Below are positions 19,213-29,846 of a stretch of 64,000 bases of DNA, piece by piece. The DNA comes from Candidatus Bathyarchaeota archaeon. Lineage in GTDB: Archaea > Thermoproteota > Bathyarchaeia > Bathyarchaeales > Bathycorpusculaceae. Position 1 is the stretch's first letter. Every line of letters starts with the position of its first letter. The DNA lies in the NCBI GenBank assembly GCA_963733095.1, contig CAVTBV010000001.1, positions 128,001 to 192,000 on the forward strand, read 5' to 3'. A program made the position numbers and the translations under genes. Under the pieces are notes generated by a model that was not told the DNA's origin, ran no database searches, and saw only the letters and a list, made by a program, of their open reading frames with translations.

Positions 19213-19878
19213 ATGAGCAATAACACTGCCCAGTTGAGAGTTAACTTGCTGACCAAACTCAAAAAGCAAATCCAGCAAATGCTTGCTTCACAAGCAAACG
19301 CCGCACACAAGATAGGCTTAACTCCCAACAAAATAAGCACAATTGGGTTTATACTCGCATTAGCTTCAGCGGTTACATACGGTCTAGCCTCGCCCCATTC
19401 TTTGTGGCTACTTATCTTGGCAGTTGTTTTTCTGTTAGCTTCAGGGTTCTGCGACACTCTCGACGGCATCGTAGCGCGGACTTTTGGGCAAACAACTGTT
19501 TTCGGTGGGTTCTTTGATTCAGTGCTTGACAGGTACGCTGACGCCGCAGTGTACACTGCCATAATCATCTCTGGGCTAAGCAATCCTGCTTGGGGCTCTA
19601 CTTGGGGACCCTTTTGGGGTTTAGCTGCTCTGGCTGGGTCCATGCTGGTGAGTTATACTCGGGCTAGAGCTGAAGCTGTAGGCATAAAAATGGAGTCCGT
19701 GGGTATAGCTGAACGCGCTGAACGCATGCTTATCTTGGCTGCTGTCAGCATAATTGGGTTCTTCTGGTTGCCAACATTAGGATACGGTATAGCCTTGTTA
19801 GCAGTACTTTCAAACATAACAGTTATACAAAGAGCAATTCACGTTTACAGAACATTAAAGAAAAAGGCAGCTGAATAG
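19213..19878 (+). CDS. CDP-alcohol phosphatidyltransferase (archaetidylinositol phosphate synthase-like)
   Basis: TPN, DTLDGIVAR...GGFFDSVLDRYAD motif, SYTRARAE, ERAER. Confidence 0.9.
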   Translation: MSNNTAQLRVNLLTKLKKQIQQMLASQANAAHKIGLTPNKISTIGFILALASAVTYGLASPHSLWLLILAVVFLLASGFCDTLDGIVARTFGQTTVFGGFFDSVLDRYADAAVYTAIIISGLSNPAWGSTWGPFWGLAALAGSMLVSYTRARAEAVGIKMESVGIAERAERMLILAAVSIIGFFWLPTLGYGIALLAVLSNITVIQRAIHVYRTLKKKAAE

Positions 19879-19882
19879 CCGC

Positions 19883-20176
19883 TTAGTATCTTCTTTTATA
19901 GCCTTTTGAATGGCGTTCATTTTCTGCACGGACCTTAACGATGCCGCGGTGAACAGCGCAAGAAATACAGTAGTACTTTGTGTCTACCCAAGAGGCTAAA
20001 TATGTTCCGCTTTGTCTGAGTTCTTTAGCTAGTTGCGGCTCAACAAAGGAAACTCTGCGTGTCGACCTCTTCGCTTTGTCACGTGGCACTGAAGCCCCGC
20101 AATTTGCGCATTGAACAAGAGTGCTGCTTCCTTTGTTTCCTTTTGATCTTCCTCGGCTTTTTCGTTTAACGGGCAT
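19883..20176 (-). CDS. rps26e: 30S ribosomal protein S26e
   Basis: MPVKRKSRGR, CANCG.SVPRDKA, YCISCAVH. Confidence 0.95.
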   Translation of the reverse strand: MPVKRKSRGRSKGNKGSSTLVQCANCGASVPRDKAKRSTRRVSFVEPQLAKELRQSGTYLASWVDTKYYCISCAVHRGIVKVRAENERHSKGYKRRY

Positions 20177-20224
20177 TAATTTGACCTCTTTCTTTCCTAT
20201 TGTCCATTTATTGACTTCACTATC

Positions 20225-21112
20225 TTATATATCTGACCGTAATTTTAGCAAAGAAGCGATGTTTGCGTTTTGAGATATTTTGGGAACAATTTTTCCATTG
20301 GGTGAAGTCATCAAAGTTGTAACTCCAGGACCGTGTCCAGCAGTTACGCAGTTAGAGTGAACCACAACGCCCACCGAGATGGCGCCTTGACGATAAATTC
20401 TGCCAAACGAATGGTCCGCATCAATAATGGCAACTAAATCGCCAAGCCTCAAACTTCCAAGTCCATACTGCTCAACGACTGCTTCATCGAAGAGTTGAAT
20501 ATCATAGTCGCCTGAGTAAACTTGGTTTGCACCCAACCCTGAACCCATAATTGCTGCCGGGACGATATGTGTAACTGGTACTTCCAACTTGGCATTTTTG
20601 GGCTGTGGGTTCCATGCTTCAAGCAAACCAGGATCCATATTGATCACTTTAATGTCGGGAAAATCCAGAAGCTTCAAACCTGTTCCATAAGCTTTAACCA
20701 AAATCCTGTCCCCGAGAACAAGGCTCTCTAAAACCTCAGGAGAAAAATCAACCAAGACGTGCTCTATCCCCCCGTGTTTTCCCGTGACAACGCCTGTTGC
20801 ACCTTTCGCGTTTCCAATTGCTAAGGTTGCTTGGTTTCCAACGCATGAGAGCACGTTGAAGGCGGTGTTTGCGGCTTGGCCCGAGCGGGCATCGTTTTCC
20901 TTGTTCTCCACGCTGACGCCTGGCTCCACATGGTCTGCTTCCCAACCGCACGCCGAATCGCCAACCCGCAGGTTAAAGGTTATCCCTCCTACTCCTGGAA
21001 GCACCACGGGTTTTCCTGTTGCCGAGACATTATAGACTGAACGGATGGTTGGGCTGGCGATTTCGCCCATAACTGAGATTTTTATGAGTTTTTCGACGTT
21101 TGTTCTAAGCAT
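20225..21112 (-). CDS. DUF4438 (TM1086-like) protein
   Basis: PGVGGITFN, ADHVEPGVS, GKHGGIEH, MGSGLG, GDYDI, GHGPG. Confidence 0.8.
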   Translation of the reverse strand: MLRTNVEKLIKISVMGEIASPTIRSVYNVSATGKPVVLPGVGGITFNLRVGDSACGWEADHVEPGVSVENKENDARSGQAANTAFNVLSCVGNQATLAIGNAKGATGVVTGKHGGIEHVLVDFSPEVLESLVLGDRILVKAYGTGLKLLDFPDIKVINMDPGLLEAWNPQPKNAKLEVPVTHIVPAAIMGSGLGANQVYSGDYDIQLFDEAVVEQYGLGSLRLGDLVAIIDADHSFGRIYRQGAISVGVVVHSNCVTAGHGPGVTTLMTSPNGKIVPKISQNANIASLLKLRSDI

Positions 21113-21261
21113 AAAATGATCCTCTGAGATATTGTGGTCTAACGCGTGGGCTCTAATAAAACTTCACAGGTTCTTTTGGGGTTAAGATACTCTTAAATTA
21201 TGCTTTTCTTTTAATGTTCAATTGGAATCTAAGCTTCAAAAATTATCGGAAGTAAATAGCT

Positions 21262-21840
21262 ATGTCTGAACTTGGATTAAGACCTAAAATGTTGGTAAGA
21301 GACGTGATGAGCAGCCCAGTTGTGACGATGGATGAAGATGAAACTACAAACAAGGCTGCTAACAACATGGATATGCATGATTTAGGCGCTGTCATAGTTA
21401 CAAACAAAGCAGGAAAATCCATAGGCATCATAACTGAACGGGACTTAGTTATCAGGGTTATTGCCAAAAACCTCAAGCCAGACACTGTTAAGGCTAAAGA
21501 AATCATGACTACCCCTCTAGTCACCATAGAACCTGAAGCTACCATAAGCGATGCAGCAAGAAGAATGACAAGGCTCGACATCAGGCGACTGGTTGTGATC
21601 TACAAGGGCAACCTTGTGGGTATAATCTCGAGCAAAGACATCCTTGGAGTAATGCCGGAACTCATCGAGATAATGCAGGAACGCTCACGCATCGAAGGCG
21701 CGGCCCGAACTGAAGAGGACGCGGAAGTGCCGCTGTCTGGATACTGCGACAGTTGTGATGAATATTCTGAAAACCTAAAAGAACGCAACGGACAAAATAT
21801 CTGCGATGAATGCCGTATAGAACTCGACGAAGAAAAATAG
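21262..21840 (+). CDS. CBS-pair protein with C-terminal Cys-rich zinc finger
   Basis: VRDVMSSPVVT, GIITERD, GIISSKD; C-terminal CDSC...CDEC. Confidence 0.9.
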   Translation: MSELGLRPKMLVRDVMSSPVVTMDEDETTNKAANNMDMHDLGAVIVTNKAGKSIGIITERDLVIRVIAKNLKPDTVKAKEIMTTPLVTIEPEATISDAARRMTRLDIRRLVVIYKGNLVGIISSKDILGVMPELIEIMQERSRIEGAARTEEDAEVPLSGYCDSCDEYSENLKERNGQNICDECRIELDEEK

Positions 21841-22258
21841 CCACTCATTGCTGTCTATTCTTTCGTTACCGCTAAAGGTAATTTTAAGACCAAACTGAAC
21901 CTTGAGAAGGTGGCCTCAACCTTTGCTCGACCACTTCTACGCCATAACGAACCAGACTTTTCACTGCACTTACTCTTTTTCTTGGAACAACTGCCACACT
22001 GTGAATTAAACCGTACAATGACAGAACAACCTTGGCCAAAAACGAAGACTTCGAGTAAACCACAGGCCTCAAAACCAAAAGAAAAAACTCTAAGAACCCA
22101 TCCTGCGCCCTCTTTTTAAAAGCCATCACGCCACTTCTGCAAGCACATAATCATCCCCATTAAAATTAAGGGTTTTGTTTAAATCTGCCAATTATTCCAT
22201 CCTGTATTGGCTTAAGATAAAACTTAAATTAACCAAACCACCCGCTATTTAATAGACC

Positions 22259-23614
22259 GTGACCCACTTGATTGTTGACTATGTTTTCACAAACGCCAAA
22301 GCCTACCTTGGCGGACAAATAGTTGACTGCAGTATAGCCCTCGAAGAAGGCAAAATCCAGAAAATCGGCAAAGAAACCCAAATGCCTAAAGCCGACCAAA
22401 AAACCGATTTGCACAACCTTTTGGTTTTGCCCGGCTTGATTGATGAACACGTTCACCTACGCGATGAAGGCAGGACGTACAAGGAAGACTTTTCCTCAGG
22501 AACCGCCGCTGCCGCTGTTGGGGGATTCACCACTGTTTTGGATATGCCAAACAACGACCCTGTCACCATGAGCGTTGAGACCCTGCCCAACCGCATACGA
22601 ATTGCACAAAGAAAAATCCTTGTAAACGTCGGCTTCCACTCGGAATTCCCAAAAAAGCTGAGTGAAATCGAAGTAATCATTCTTGAAGGTGCGGTTGGAT
22701 TCAAACTTTTCATGGGAAGCCAAATTGGCGGCTTAAACTTAGAGGATGACCAAGCCTTGGTGGAAGCCTTAAAAGAGGTCGCCAAGTTAAATGTACCAGT
22801 GGCAGTCCACGCCGAAGATAAAGCTACGTTGACAGGTAATGAGGAAAAACTCAAACAAGCCCAAAAAAATGGCGCCGCCGATTTTTTGAGGGCACACACC
22901 GAAACAGTCGAACTAAAAGCAATCCAGCGGCTCCTAAAACTAAGCGAGCCAACCGGAGTGCAGCTACATTTCTGCCATGTCACAAGCCAAGAAGGCTTAA
23001 GCGCGATTGCAGAAGCCAAAAAATATGGTAGAAAAGTAACCTGTGAAGTTACCCCAAATCACCTCTTGCTGACAAGCGAAGATGTTAAGCGTATTGGAAC
23101 CATGGCGATTATGGCGCCGCCGCTCCGTGGCAAAACCCACATGGAAGCGCTTTGGAAGGGTATTGAAAATGGTGTCGTCGATACGGTTGGCTCGGACCAT
23201 GCCCCTCATGCTTTAAGCGAAAAGTCAGCTGAGAGCGTGTGGGATGTAAAAGTTGGTGTACCAGGACTCGAAACCACTCTACCCCTCATCTTGACTCTTG
23301 TCAAGAAGAATCGATTAACACTTTCACAAACTGTTCAGCTATTAGCCGAGAAACCAGCAGAAATCTACGGTTTAAACGACTGTGGAAGCCTAGAACAGGG
23401 CAAAAACGCGGACATAACGATAGTAGATTTTAACCGTAAATTCAAAATCGATGCCTCTAAATTTAAGTCCAAAGCCAAGTTTTCACCTTACGACGGCTGG
23501 GATGTTCAAGGTAAAGTGGTAAAGACAATCGTGAACGGCCAATTGGTTTTTGATGAGGGTGAAATTGTTGCTAAAGGCGGCAGCGGTTTGATTGTTCGGA
23601 GAGGAAACGTGTGA
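22259..23614 (+). CDS. pyrC: Dihydroorotase (amidohydrolase family)
   Basis: PGLIDEHVHLR, DMPN, HAED, HFCH, CEVTPNHL, SDHAPH. Confidence 0.9.
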   Translation: MTHLIVDYVFTNAKAYLGGQIVDCSIALEEGKIQKIGKETQMPKADQKTDLHNLLVLPGLIDEHVHLRDEGRTYKEDFSSGTAAAAVGGFTTVLDMPNNDPVTMSVETLPNRIRIAQRKILVNVGFHSEFPKKLSEIEVIILEGAVGFKLFMGSQIGGLNLEDDQALVEALKEVAKLNVPVAVHAEDKATLTGNEEKLKQAQKNGAADFLRAHTETVELKAIQRLLKLSEPTGVQLHFCHVTSQEGLSAIAEAKKYGRKVTCEVTPNHLLLTSEDVKRIGTMAIMAPPLRGKTHMEALWKGIENGVVDTVGSDHAPHALSEKSAESVWDVKVGVPGLETTLPLILTLVKKNRLTLSQTVQLLAEKPAEIYGLNDCGSLEQGKNADITIVDFNRKFKIDASKFKSKAKFSPYDGWDVQGKVVKTIVNGQLVFDEGEIVAKGGSGLIVRRGNV

Positions 23615-24099
23615 AGTTCCTTGCAGATGGGATGCTTGGAAAACTGACGCGTTGGCTTCGCATGCTGGGGCAAGATGTACTGTACTCAGTGCAGTACGAT
23701 GATTCTGAGCTTTTAGAGTTGGCAAAGAAGGACGAGCGGGCTTTGTTGACGAAGGATTTTGAGCTCTACAAACGCGCCATCGGCAGAGGCATGGACGCGT
23801 ACTATTTTAAGGGCAAAACAGAGTCTGAGAGGCTGGCAGAAATTGCCAAACGATACGACCTGACGTTAACAATTGACATGAATAAGTCACACTGCCCCGT
23901 ATGCAACACCAAACTCCAATCAACCCCAAAAGATCAACTTAAAGATGAATTGGAAAAGAACACCTATACCTTTTATGACAATTTTTGGAAGTGCCCCAAC
24001 TGCAGAAAAATCTACTGGCAAGGAGCTCACTGGAAACAAATCACAGAAACACTGGACCAAGCGCAAGCAAAATTGCAAAAATTAAAAGAGAAAAATTGA
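23611..24099 (+). CDS. Mut7-C RNase (PIN-like) domain protein
   Basis: FLADGMLGKLTRWLRMLG, LLTKD, CPVCN...CPNC.KIYWQGAHW. Confidence 0.92.
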   Translation: MKFLADGMLGKLTRWLRMLGQDVLYSVQYDDSELLELAKKDERALLTKDFELYKRAIGRGMDAYYFKGKTESERLAEIAKRYDLTLTIDMNKSHCPVCNTKLQSTPKDQLKDELEKNTYTFYDNFWKCPNCRKIYWQGAHWKQITETLDQAQAKLQKLKEKN

Positions 24100-24102
24100 G
24101 GC

Positions 24103-24345
24103 TTAAGATAGCCATTTTAGAGGAATATCTTGGAAAGTCCCGTCTGGCAGTGTTCTTCGAATAGTGATTGGCAATATTCCCGCGTCAAGTTCACTGAGTG
24201 CGATGTCGATCGGGTTTGTGTTTTCTTCTGCATCTACCAAGATTGGTGCTCCCATCGAGATTTGCAACGCGCGTGCGCCGACTATTCTTGCTTTCTCGAA
24301 GCGAGTAATTTTTGGGGGTCCAACATTTATTTTTTGTTCTGACAT
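24103..24345 (-). CDS. rpoK: RNA polymerase subunit K (Rpo6)
   Basis: [28 protein letters not shown]. Confidence 0.96.
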   Translation of the reverse strand: MSEQKINVGPPKITRFEKARIVGARALQISMGAPILVDAEENTNPIDIALSELDAGILPITIRRTLPDGTFQDIPLKWLS

Positions 24346-26007
24346 TTACATCATACCGCCGGGCATTCCACCCATACCGCCCATGCCCATTCCTCCCCCT
24401 GGTGGCATTGGAGAAGTCTTCATTTTTGCTGAGGATATTACGTCGTCGATTTTTAGAATCATGGATGCTGCTTCGTTTGCTGATTTGATAATTTGTTTTT
24501 TGACTGCTAATGGTTCGTAGACGTTTATTTTTGTCATGTCTTCGACTTTGCCTGCGAGAACATCTATGCCTGCCCATGTTTCGCCTTTTTGGTGTCGTGT
24601 CCGTAGTTCTGAAAGTATATCGACTGGATCTAAACCTGCGTTTTCCGCAAGCGTCACAGCAATAGCTTCAAGGGCCTCTGCGAATATTGTGATTGCGAGC
24701 TGCTCTCTTCCCTTAACGGTCTGAGCATATTTTTTTAGGACACTTGCCATCTCTAGTTCGGGAGCGCTTCCTCCAGCAACGATTTTTGGCTCTTCAATTA
24801 AGTCTTTAACAACGCAGAGTGCGTCATGAATGGAGCGTTCGGCTTCTGCAGTCATCCGCTGAGTTCCACCCCTGATTAAGAGTGTAACTGACTTAGGATT
24901 CTTGCAACCCTCTATGTAAGTCATCTTGTCCTCGCCTGTTCGGCGTTCCTCAACCACGGCTGCATAGCCAAGATCTGAGGCAGTGAGTGCGTCGATGTTG
25001 CTTATGATTTTTGCGCCTGTAGCTCTGGCGAGTTTTTCCATGTCAGATTTCTTTGCTCTGCGAATAGCTATTACCCCTTTTCTGGCAAGGAAGTGTTGAG
25101 CCATATCGTCGATGCCCTTCTGACATACTACGACGTTTGCGCCTGAAGAGAGGACTTTTTCAACCATGTCTTTTAGCATGGTTTCTTCCTGCTTTAGGAA
25201 CGCTTCTATCTGCTCGGGGCTCTCTATGTTAATTTTTGCATCCATCTCTGGTTTCTCGTTTTCCAACGACGCGTCAAGTAACGCAATCTTTGCTTTTTCC
25301 ATGCGTTTGGGCATGCCTGAATGGACGATTTCTTTGTCTAAAACTATGCCGTTGATTAGGCTTGTTTCTTTGAGGGATTCGCCTGTTTTCTTCTCAACCT
25401 TCACATCATCAACGTCTGCTTTGTAGCCGCCGTCTTGTTTTTCAGCTACTGCCAGCATGGCTCTGACGGCTAAGTCGGCTAAATAATCTTTGTATTCGGC
25501 TACGATTTTACTGCCCATGGCTGTTGAAGCTGCCTTTTTGAGGTAATCGTGTGATTTTAAATCGATTGGCAGAGCGATTTTCTCCAAAGTTTCTAGGGCT
25601 TTGTCCGCGGCTTTTCGGTAACCGTCAATGATGACTGTTGGATGAATGTTTTTGTCGATTAATTCCTCAGCTCTGCTCAGGAGTTCACCAGCAATTATGA
25701 CGGCTGATGTTGTTCCATCGCCAGCTTCTTTGTCCTGTGTTTTGGCGACTTCAACAAGCATTTTTGCCGCTGGATGCTGAACATCCATCTCATCAAGGAT
25801 GGTTCTGCCGTCGCTTGTTATTGTAACGTCTCCGAAGCTGTCAACGAGCATCTTATCCATGCCTCTCGGGCCCAATGCGCTTCGAACGCTTTCTGCAACA
25901 ACTTTAGCGGCCATAATGTTGCTGTGTTGTGCTTGTCTTCCGCGGGACCTATCTGAGCCTTCTTTCATAACCAGAATAGGTACTCCGCCAGCTTGTGAAT
26001 TTGACAA
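24346..26007 (-). CDS. Thermosome (group II chaperonin) subunit
   Basis: [26 protein letters not shown]-rich C-terminal tail; alpha or beta subunit not resolved. Confidence 0.96.
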   Translation of the reverse strand: MSNSQAGGVPILVMKEGSDRSRGRQAQHSNIMAAKVVAESVRSALGPRGMDKMLVDSFGDVTITSDGRTILDEMDVQHPAAKMLVEVAKTQDKEAGDGTTSAVIIAGELLSRAEELIDKNIHPTVIIDGYRKAADKALETLEKIALPIDLKSHDYLKKAASTAMGSKIVAEYKDYLADLAVRAMLAVAEKQDGGYKADVDDVKVEKKTGESLKETSLINGIVLDKEIVHSGMPKRMEKAKIALLDASLENEKPEMDAKINIESPEQIEAFLKQEETMLKDMVEKVLSSGANVVVCQKGIDDMAQHFLARKGVIAIRRAKKSDMEKLARATGAKIISNIDALTASDLGYAAVVEERRTGEDKMTYIEGCKNPKSVTLLIRGGTQRMTAEAERSIHDALCVVKDLIEEPKIVAGGSAPELEMASVLKKYAQTVKGREQLAITIFAEALEAIAVTLAENAGLDPVDILSELRTRHQKGETWAGIDVLAGKVEDMTKINVYEPLAVKKQIIKSANEAASMILKIDDVISSAKMKTSPMPPGGGMGMGGMGGMPGGMM

Positions 26008-26556
26008 ATCAAGTAACCTCCAATAATGCGAACAACAACAAAACGTTATTAACCATATAAGTTTTTCCTATTAACGCTATGTTGAACAAAGCCTCGGCAA
26101 GCAGTTTTTGCATCATAAACCAATTTTTTGGGTTATTTGGCCTTTCATTTTTGCAGGCGCTAACAGTTGCCTATCTATGTTTTTTCTTTAGTATTTGTTG
26201 CCGAAAACTCTCCATACCACAACAACAACCAACAGACTAAGATATCAAATGTATTTTGTGTTCTGCGTTAGCGGCGGGTTGCAGGCTGATTGTGAAAGCT
26301 ACCGCAAGTAGAACAGCCAGACCACAACAGAAAGCAGTGAAAGGCAGTGCAATCGGGCACCAGAATAACCCATTCAGCAAACCCTAGCTTTCCCATTGAA
26401 GCAAAACTTGGAACTATCAGACTTCTTCTCCTCATATTAAAGGACGAACAAACCTGATGAGTATTCATTTTTTCTATCAGGGGTAAAGTTAATTGTTATG
26501 AGCGACGGCGGCGTCAGCTCATCTTTATATTAGAAAGAGATTTGCCTGTCTTTTGT

Positions 26557-27060
26557 TCAATAAACTGAAACTTTGGCAACGCCCGAAATCTTTAGCAGTT
26601 CTGGGATGAGTTCTCCAGGGATTTTCTTCTCCACAATCAGTGTCAATTTTGGTTCTGGCGAGAGTTCTGGGTCGTCTACGATTGCTTGTCGTATGCTTAA
26701 GCCTGCTTTGTTTAGGAGCATTGCTGCGTTTGAGAGGATTCCTGGTGATTTTGCGTTTATTGGGGTTATTTCCAGTACGCCTAAGTTTAGATGTTTGGCG
26801 ATTTCCTTGAGCGAATGGCCTGCGGGTCGGATTTCTTCGAATATCATGCGTAGTTCGGGGTTGGCGTGGATGGTGTTGAGGGTTTCGTTGACGGTTCGTC
26901 TGTCGACGCCTGCGACTCTTGCGATGCGAACGGGTGGGATTTCGATTTGGTTTAAGTAGATTTTGTCGCCTTGGATGGATAGGCCGTTTTCTATTAGTAC
27001 GCGTGCTACTTTGAGGCGTTCGGGGTATTCTTGGAGTTGGGTTTTTATTTGGTTCCACAT
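26557..27060 (-). CDS. HTH + ACT-domain amino-acid metabolism regulator (COG2150-like)
   Basis: MWNQIK...IARVAGVDRRTV...PGILS...ISIRQA-like SIRQAIVDDPEL; the real start is likely ATG 27060, since the track's extension overlaps trpB2. Confidence 0.85.
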   Translation of the reverse strand: MWNQIKTQLQEYPERLKVARVLIENGLSIQGDKIYLNQIEIPPVRIARVAGVDRRTVNETLNTIHANPELRMIFEEIRPAGHSLKEIAKHLNLGVLEITPINAKSPGILSNAAMLLNKAGLSIRQAIVDDPELSPEPKLTLIVEKKIPGELIPELLKISGVAKVSVY

Positions 27061-27187
27061 TTTGGTTCGCTTGTGTGTGTTTCTGTGCGTTTGGGTATTA
27101 ATATGTTGTTTGGCTATGTCCAAAAATGTACACAAAAGCCTTAAATAAAACTTTAAAGTACGGTTTATAACCTGAGAAGGCGAAAAA

Positions 27188-28611
27188 ATGCCAGACAGAA
27201 AAATTCTACTCAAAGAAAACGACATACCAAAACAATGGTACAACATCGTGCCCGACTTGCCTCATCCTCTCCCACCCTTCATAGATGTGGCGACTAAACA
27301 GCCAGGCGTCGGCATCGTCCCCCAGATTTTCCCCAAAGAAATCATCGGACAAGAAATCAGCCAAGAGCGCTGGATAAACATCCCTGACGAAGTCCGCGAA
27401 GTCTACAGAATCTGGCGCCCAAGCCCGCTCTTCCGAGCACTCGGCCTGAGAAAGCACTGAAAACTCCCGCTAAAATCTACTACAAGTATGAAGGCGTCAG
27501 TCCAGCCGGCAGCCACAAACCCAACACTGCCGTGCCGCAGGCGTTCTACAACATGAAGGAAGGAATCACAAGGGTAACAACAGAAACAGGGGCTGGACAA
27601 TGGGGTTCAGCTTTATCGTTCGCAGCAGGCGTCTTCGGATTAGAAGCTACCGTATACATGGTGCGCGCAAGCTTTGACCAAAAACCCTACCGCAAAATGA
27701 TGATGAACGCATACGGTGCAGAATGCATCGCAAGTCCCAGCAACCGAACCGAGGCAGGCAGAAAAATCCTTGCTGAAGACCCAAACAACAAGGGCAGCTT
27801 GGGCATCGCCATTAGCGAAGCCGTTGAAGACTCCTTAACCAGTCTGGAGAAAAACGGCAAAAAAGCCAACTATACCATAGGAAGTGTCTTTAACCACGTC
27901 TGCATGCACCAAACCGTCGAAGGTTTAGAAGCCAAAAAACAGCTCGAAATGGTCGACGACTACCCCGATGTGGTTTATGGTTGCATCGGCGGCGGAAGCA
28001 GTTATTCGGGTCTTATGTGGCCTTTCTACTATGACCAGGTCACCAAGAAGGCTCCGAAAGAAACCAAGTTTGTTGCCACGGAAGCGACGGCTTGCCCCAA
28101 AGTCACTAAAGGAATATACCAATATGACCACGGTGACACTGCCAAAATTACACCGCTCGTGCCCATGCACACCCTGGGGCATGACTTCATTCCCGCGCCC
28201 ATCCATGCGGGGGGACTCCGCTATCACGGTATCGCCCCAACCATCAGCGTATTGGTCCAGGAAAAGAAGATGACAACCGAAGCCTACAGCCAAATAGAAG
28301 TCTTCGACGCCGCCAAACTGTTTTTGCGAACCGAAGGCATAATCCCCGCACCCGAACCCTCCCATGCAATCAAAGGCGCCATTGACGAAGCCCTGCGATG
28401 TAAGCAAACTGGCGAAGCAAAAACCATCCTGTTTGTGCTCTGCGGACACGGCTTTTTTGACATGGCAGCGTATGATGAATACTTCAGCGGTAGACTCGAA
28501 CCTTACGAGTACCCGACAGAGAAAGTCGCTGAATCCATGGATAAACTACACAAACTCTACCCATGGCTAAACGATGTCAACAAGAAATACATCGGCTGCG
28601 AGACGTACTAG
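27188..28611 (+). pseudogene. trpB2: TrpB2 (stand-alone tryptophan synthase beta-like PLP enzyme) split by a 1-nt frameshift near 27448
   Basis: 5' [16 protein letters not shown]...[12 protein letters not shown]; adding one base restores [27 protein letters not shown], continuing to TETGAGQWG, HAGGLRYHG, APEPSHA. Confidence 0.85.
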
Positions 28612-28683
28612 CTTCGCAGATCACATCTTTTCTTATTTTTGTTTTTATTTATCGCCCGCTTATACTAGACAAGGCTATCTACG

Positions 28684-29814
28684 TTGACTGAAAACTTGTT
28701 ACCGACAAAAACTGTCGGATTCATCATTAACCCAGTTGCAGGCATGGGTGGCGCTGTCGGATTAAAGGGCACAGACGGTATAGCAATCCTAAATCAAGCT
28801 ATAGCCCTTGGCGCCAAACCCATTGCAACGCAAAGAGCAGAAACCTTCCTTGCCATACTCAGCCCAATGAAGAACAGTCTCAACCTAATTGTTGGTGCAG
28901 GCGACATGGGGCAGAATCAAGCCGAAAAGTGTGGTTTCACCTTCAAAGTTGTCGGAGAAAATAAGAAAGAAACCTCATCCGAGGACACACAAACAGTTGC
29001 CAAAGATATGGCTGAAGCCAAAGTGGATTTGCTTGTTTATTGTGGCGGCGACGGAACAACTCGTGATATAATGAAAAGTGTCGGATTACGTGTTCCTGTA
29101 CTTGGAGTTCCGACAGGCGTCAAGATGCACAGTGCCCTTTTTGCCGTAAGCCCCCAAGCTGCCGCAAGAGTTTCCGTCACTTACCTTTGGAGTAACTTAC
29201 CGCTTCGAGAAGCAGAAGTCATGGATGTGGATGAGGTTGCGTTTAGGCAGGGGAATCTGTCGGCTGAACTCTATGGGTATCTGCTAAGCCCCTTTGAGCC
29301 TCACTTGATTCAGGGTAACAAGATGGCAAGCCCCATGACTGAAAACGAAGTGGAAAACCAAGCTGCCATCGCCATCAACATAATCGAAGAGATGAAACCC
29401 GACACGATCTACATCATAGGTCCAGGCACAACCACTCGAACCATCAGCGACCTCTTAGACCAGAAAAAAACCTTGTTAGGCGTTGACCTCTTCCAAACCA
29501 AAAAAATAATCCTGAGGGATGTTAGCGAAAAACAGATTCTGGAAGCCACAGAAGGAAAAACCGCCAAAATAATTGTGACGCCGATTGGAGGGCAGGGCTT
29601 TATTTTCGGCAGGGGCAACCAGCAGATAAGCTCCAAAGTGATCCGTCAAGTGGGCATGAACAATATCATCGTAATATCGACGAAGAGCAAGCTGGATCGG
29701 CTGGAAAGCTTAAGAGTCGACACTGGGGACCCAGAATTGGATGAGCAGTTTCGGACAAAGGGAACCATAGCCGTAGTTGACTACAAAACGATTAAGGAAA
29801 TGAAAATCGAATAA
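28684..29814 (+). CDS. ATP-NAD kinase-like family protein (COG3199)
   Basis: INPVAGMGGAVGLKGTDG, GGDGTTRD, GVKMHS, GGQGFIFGRGNQQ, VDTGD. Confidence 0.88.
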   Translation: MTENLLPTKTVGFIINPVAGMGGAVGLKGTDGIAILNQAIALGAKPIATQRAETFLAILSPMKNSLNLIVGAGDMGQNQAEKCGFTFKVVGENKKETSSEDTQTVAKDMAEAKVDLLVYCGGDGTTRDIMKSVGLRVPVLGVPTGVKMHSALFAVSPQAAARVSVTYLWSNLPLREAEVMDVDEVAFRQGNLSAELYGYLLSPFEPHLIQGNKMASPMTENEVENQAAIAINIIEEMKPDTIYIIGPGTTTRTISDLLDQKKTLLGVDLFQTKKIILRDVSEKQILEATEGKTAKIIVTPIGGQGFIFGRGNQQISSKVIRQVGMNNIIVISTKSKLDRLESLRVDTGDPELDEQFRTKGTIAVVDYKTIKEMKIE

Positions 29815-29846
29815 TCTTTCTTAAACATCCCGATAATAATAGGGTT

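Noticed and set aside
21884-22129. 81-aa minus-strand ORF between the CBS gene and pyrC
   Set aside because: Could be a small gene but has no recognisable family or motif; insufficient support
26525-27058. 177-aa Arg/Pro/Asn-rich alternative-frame ORF
   Set aside because: Out-of-frame shadow of the ACT regulator caused by A/C-rich codon bias
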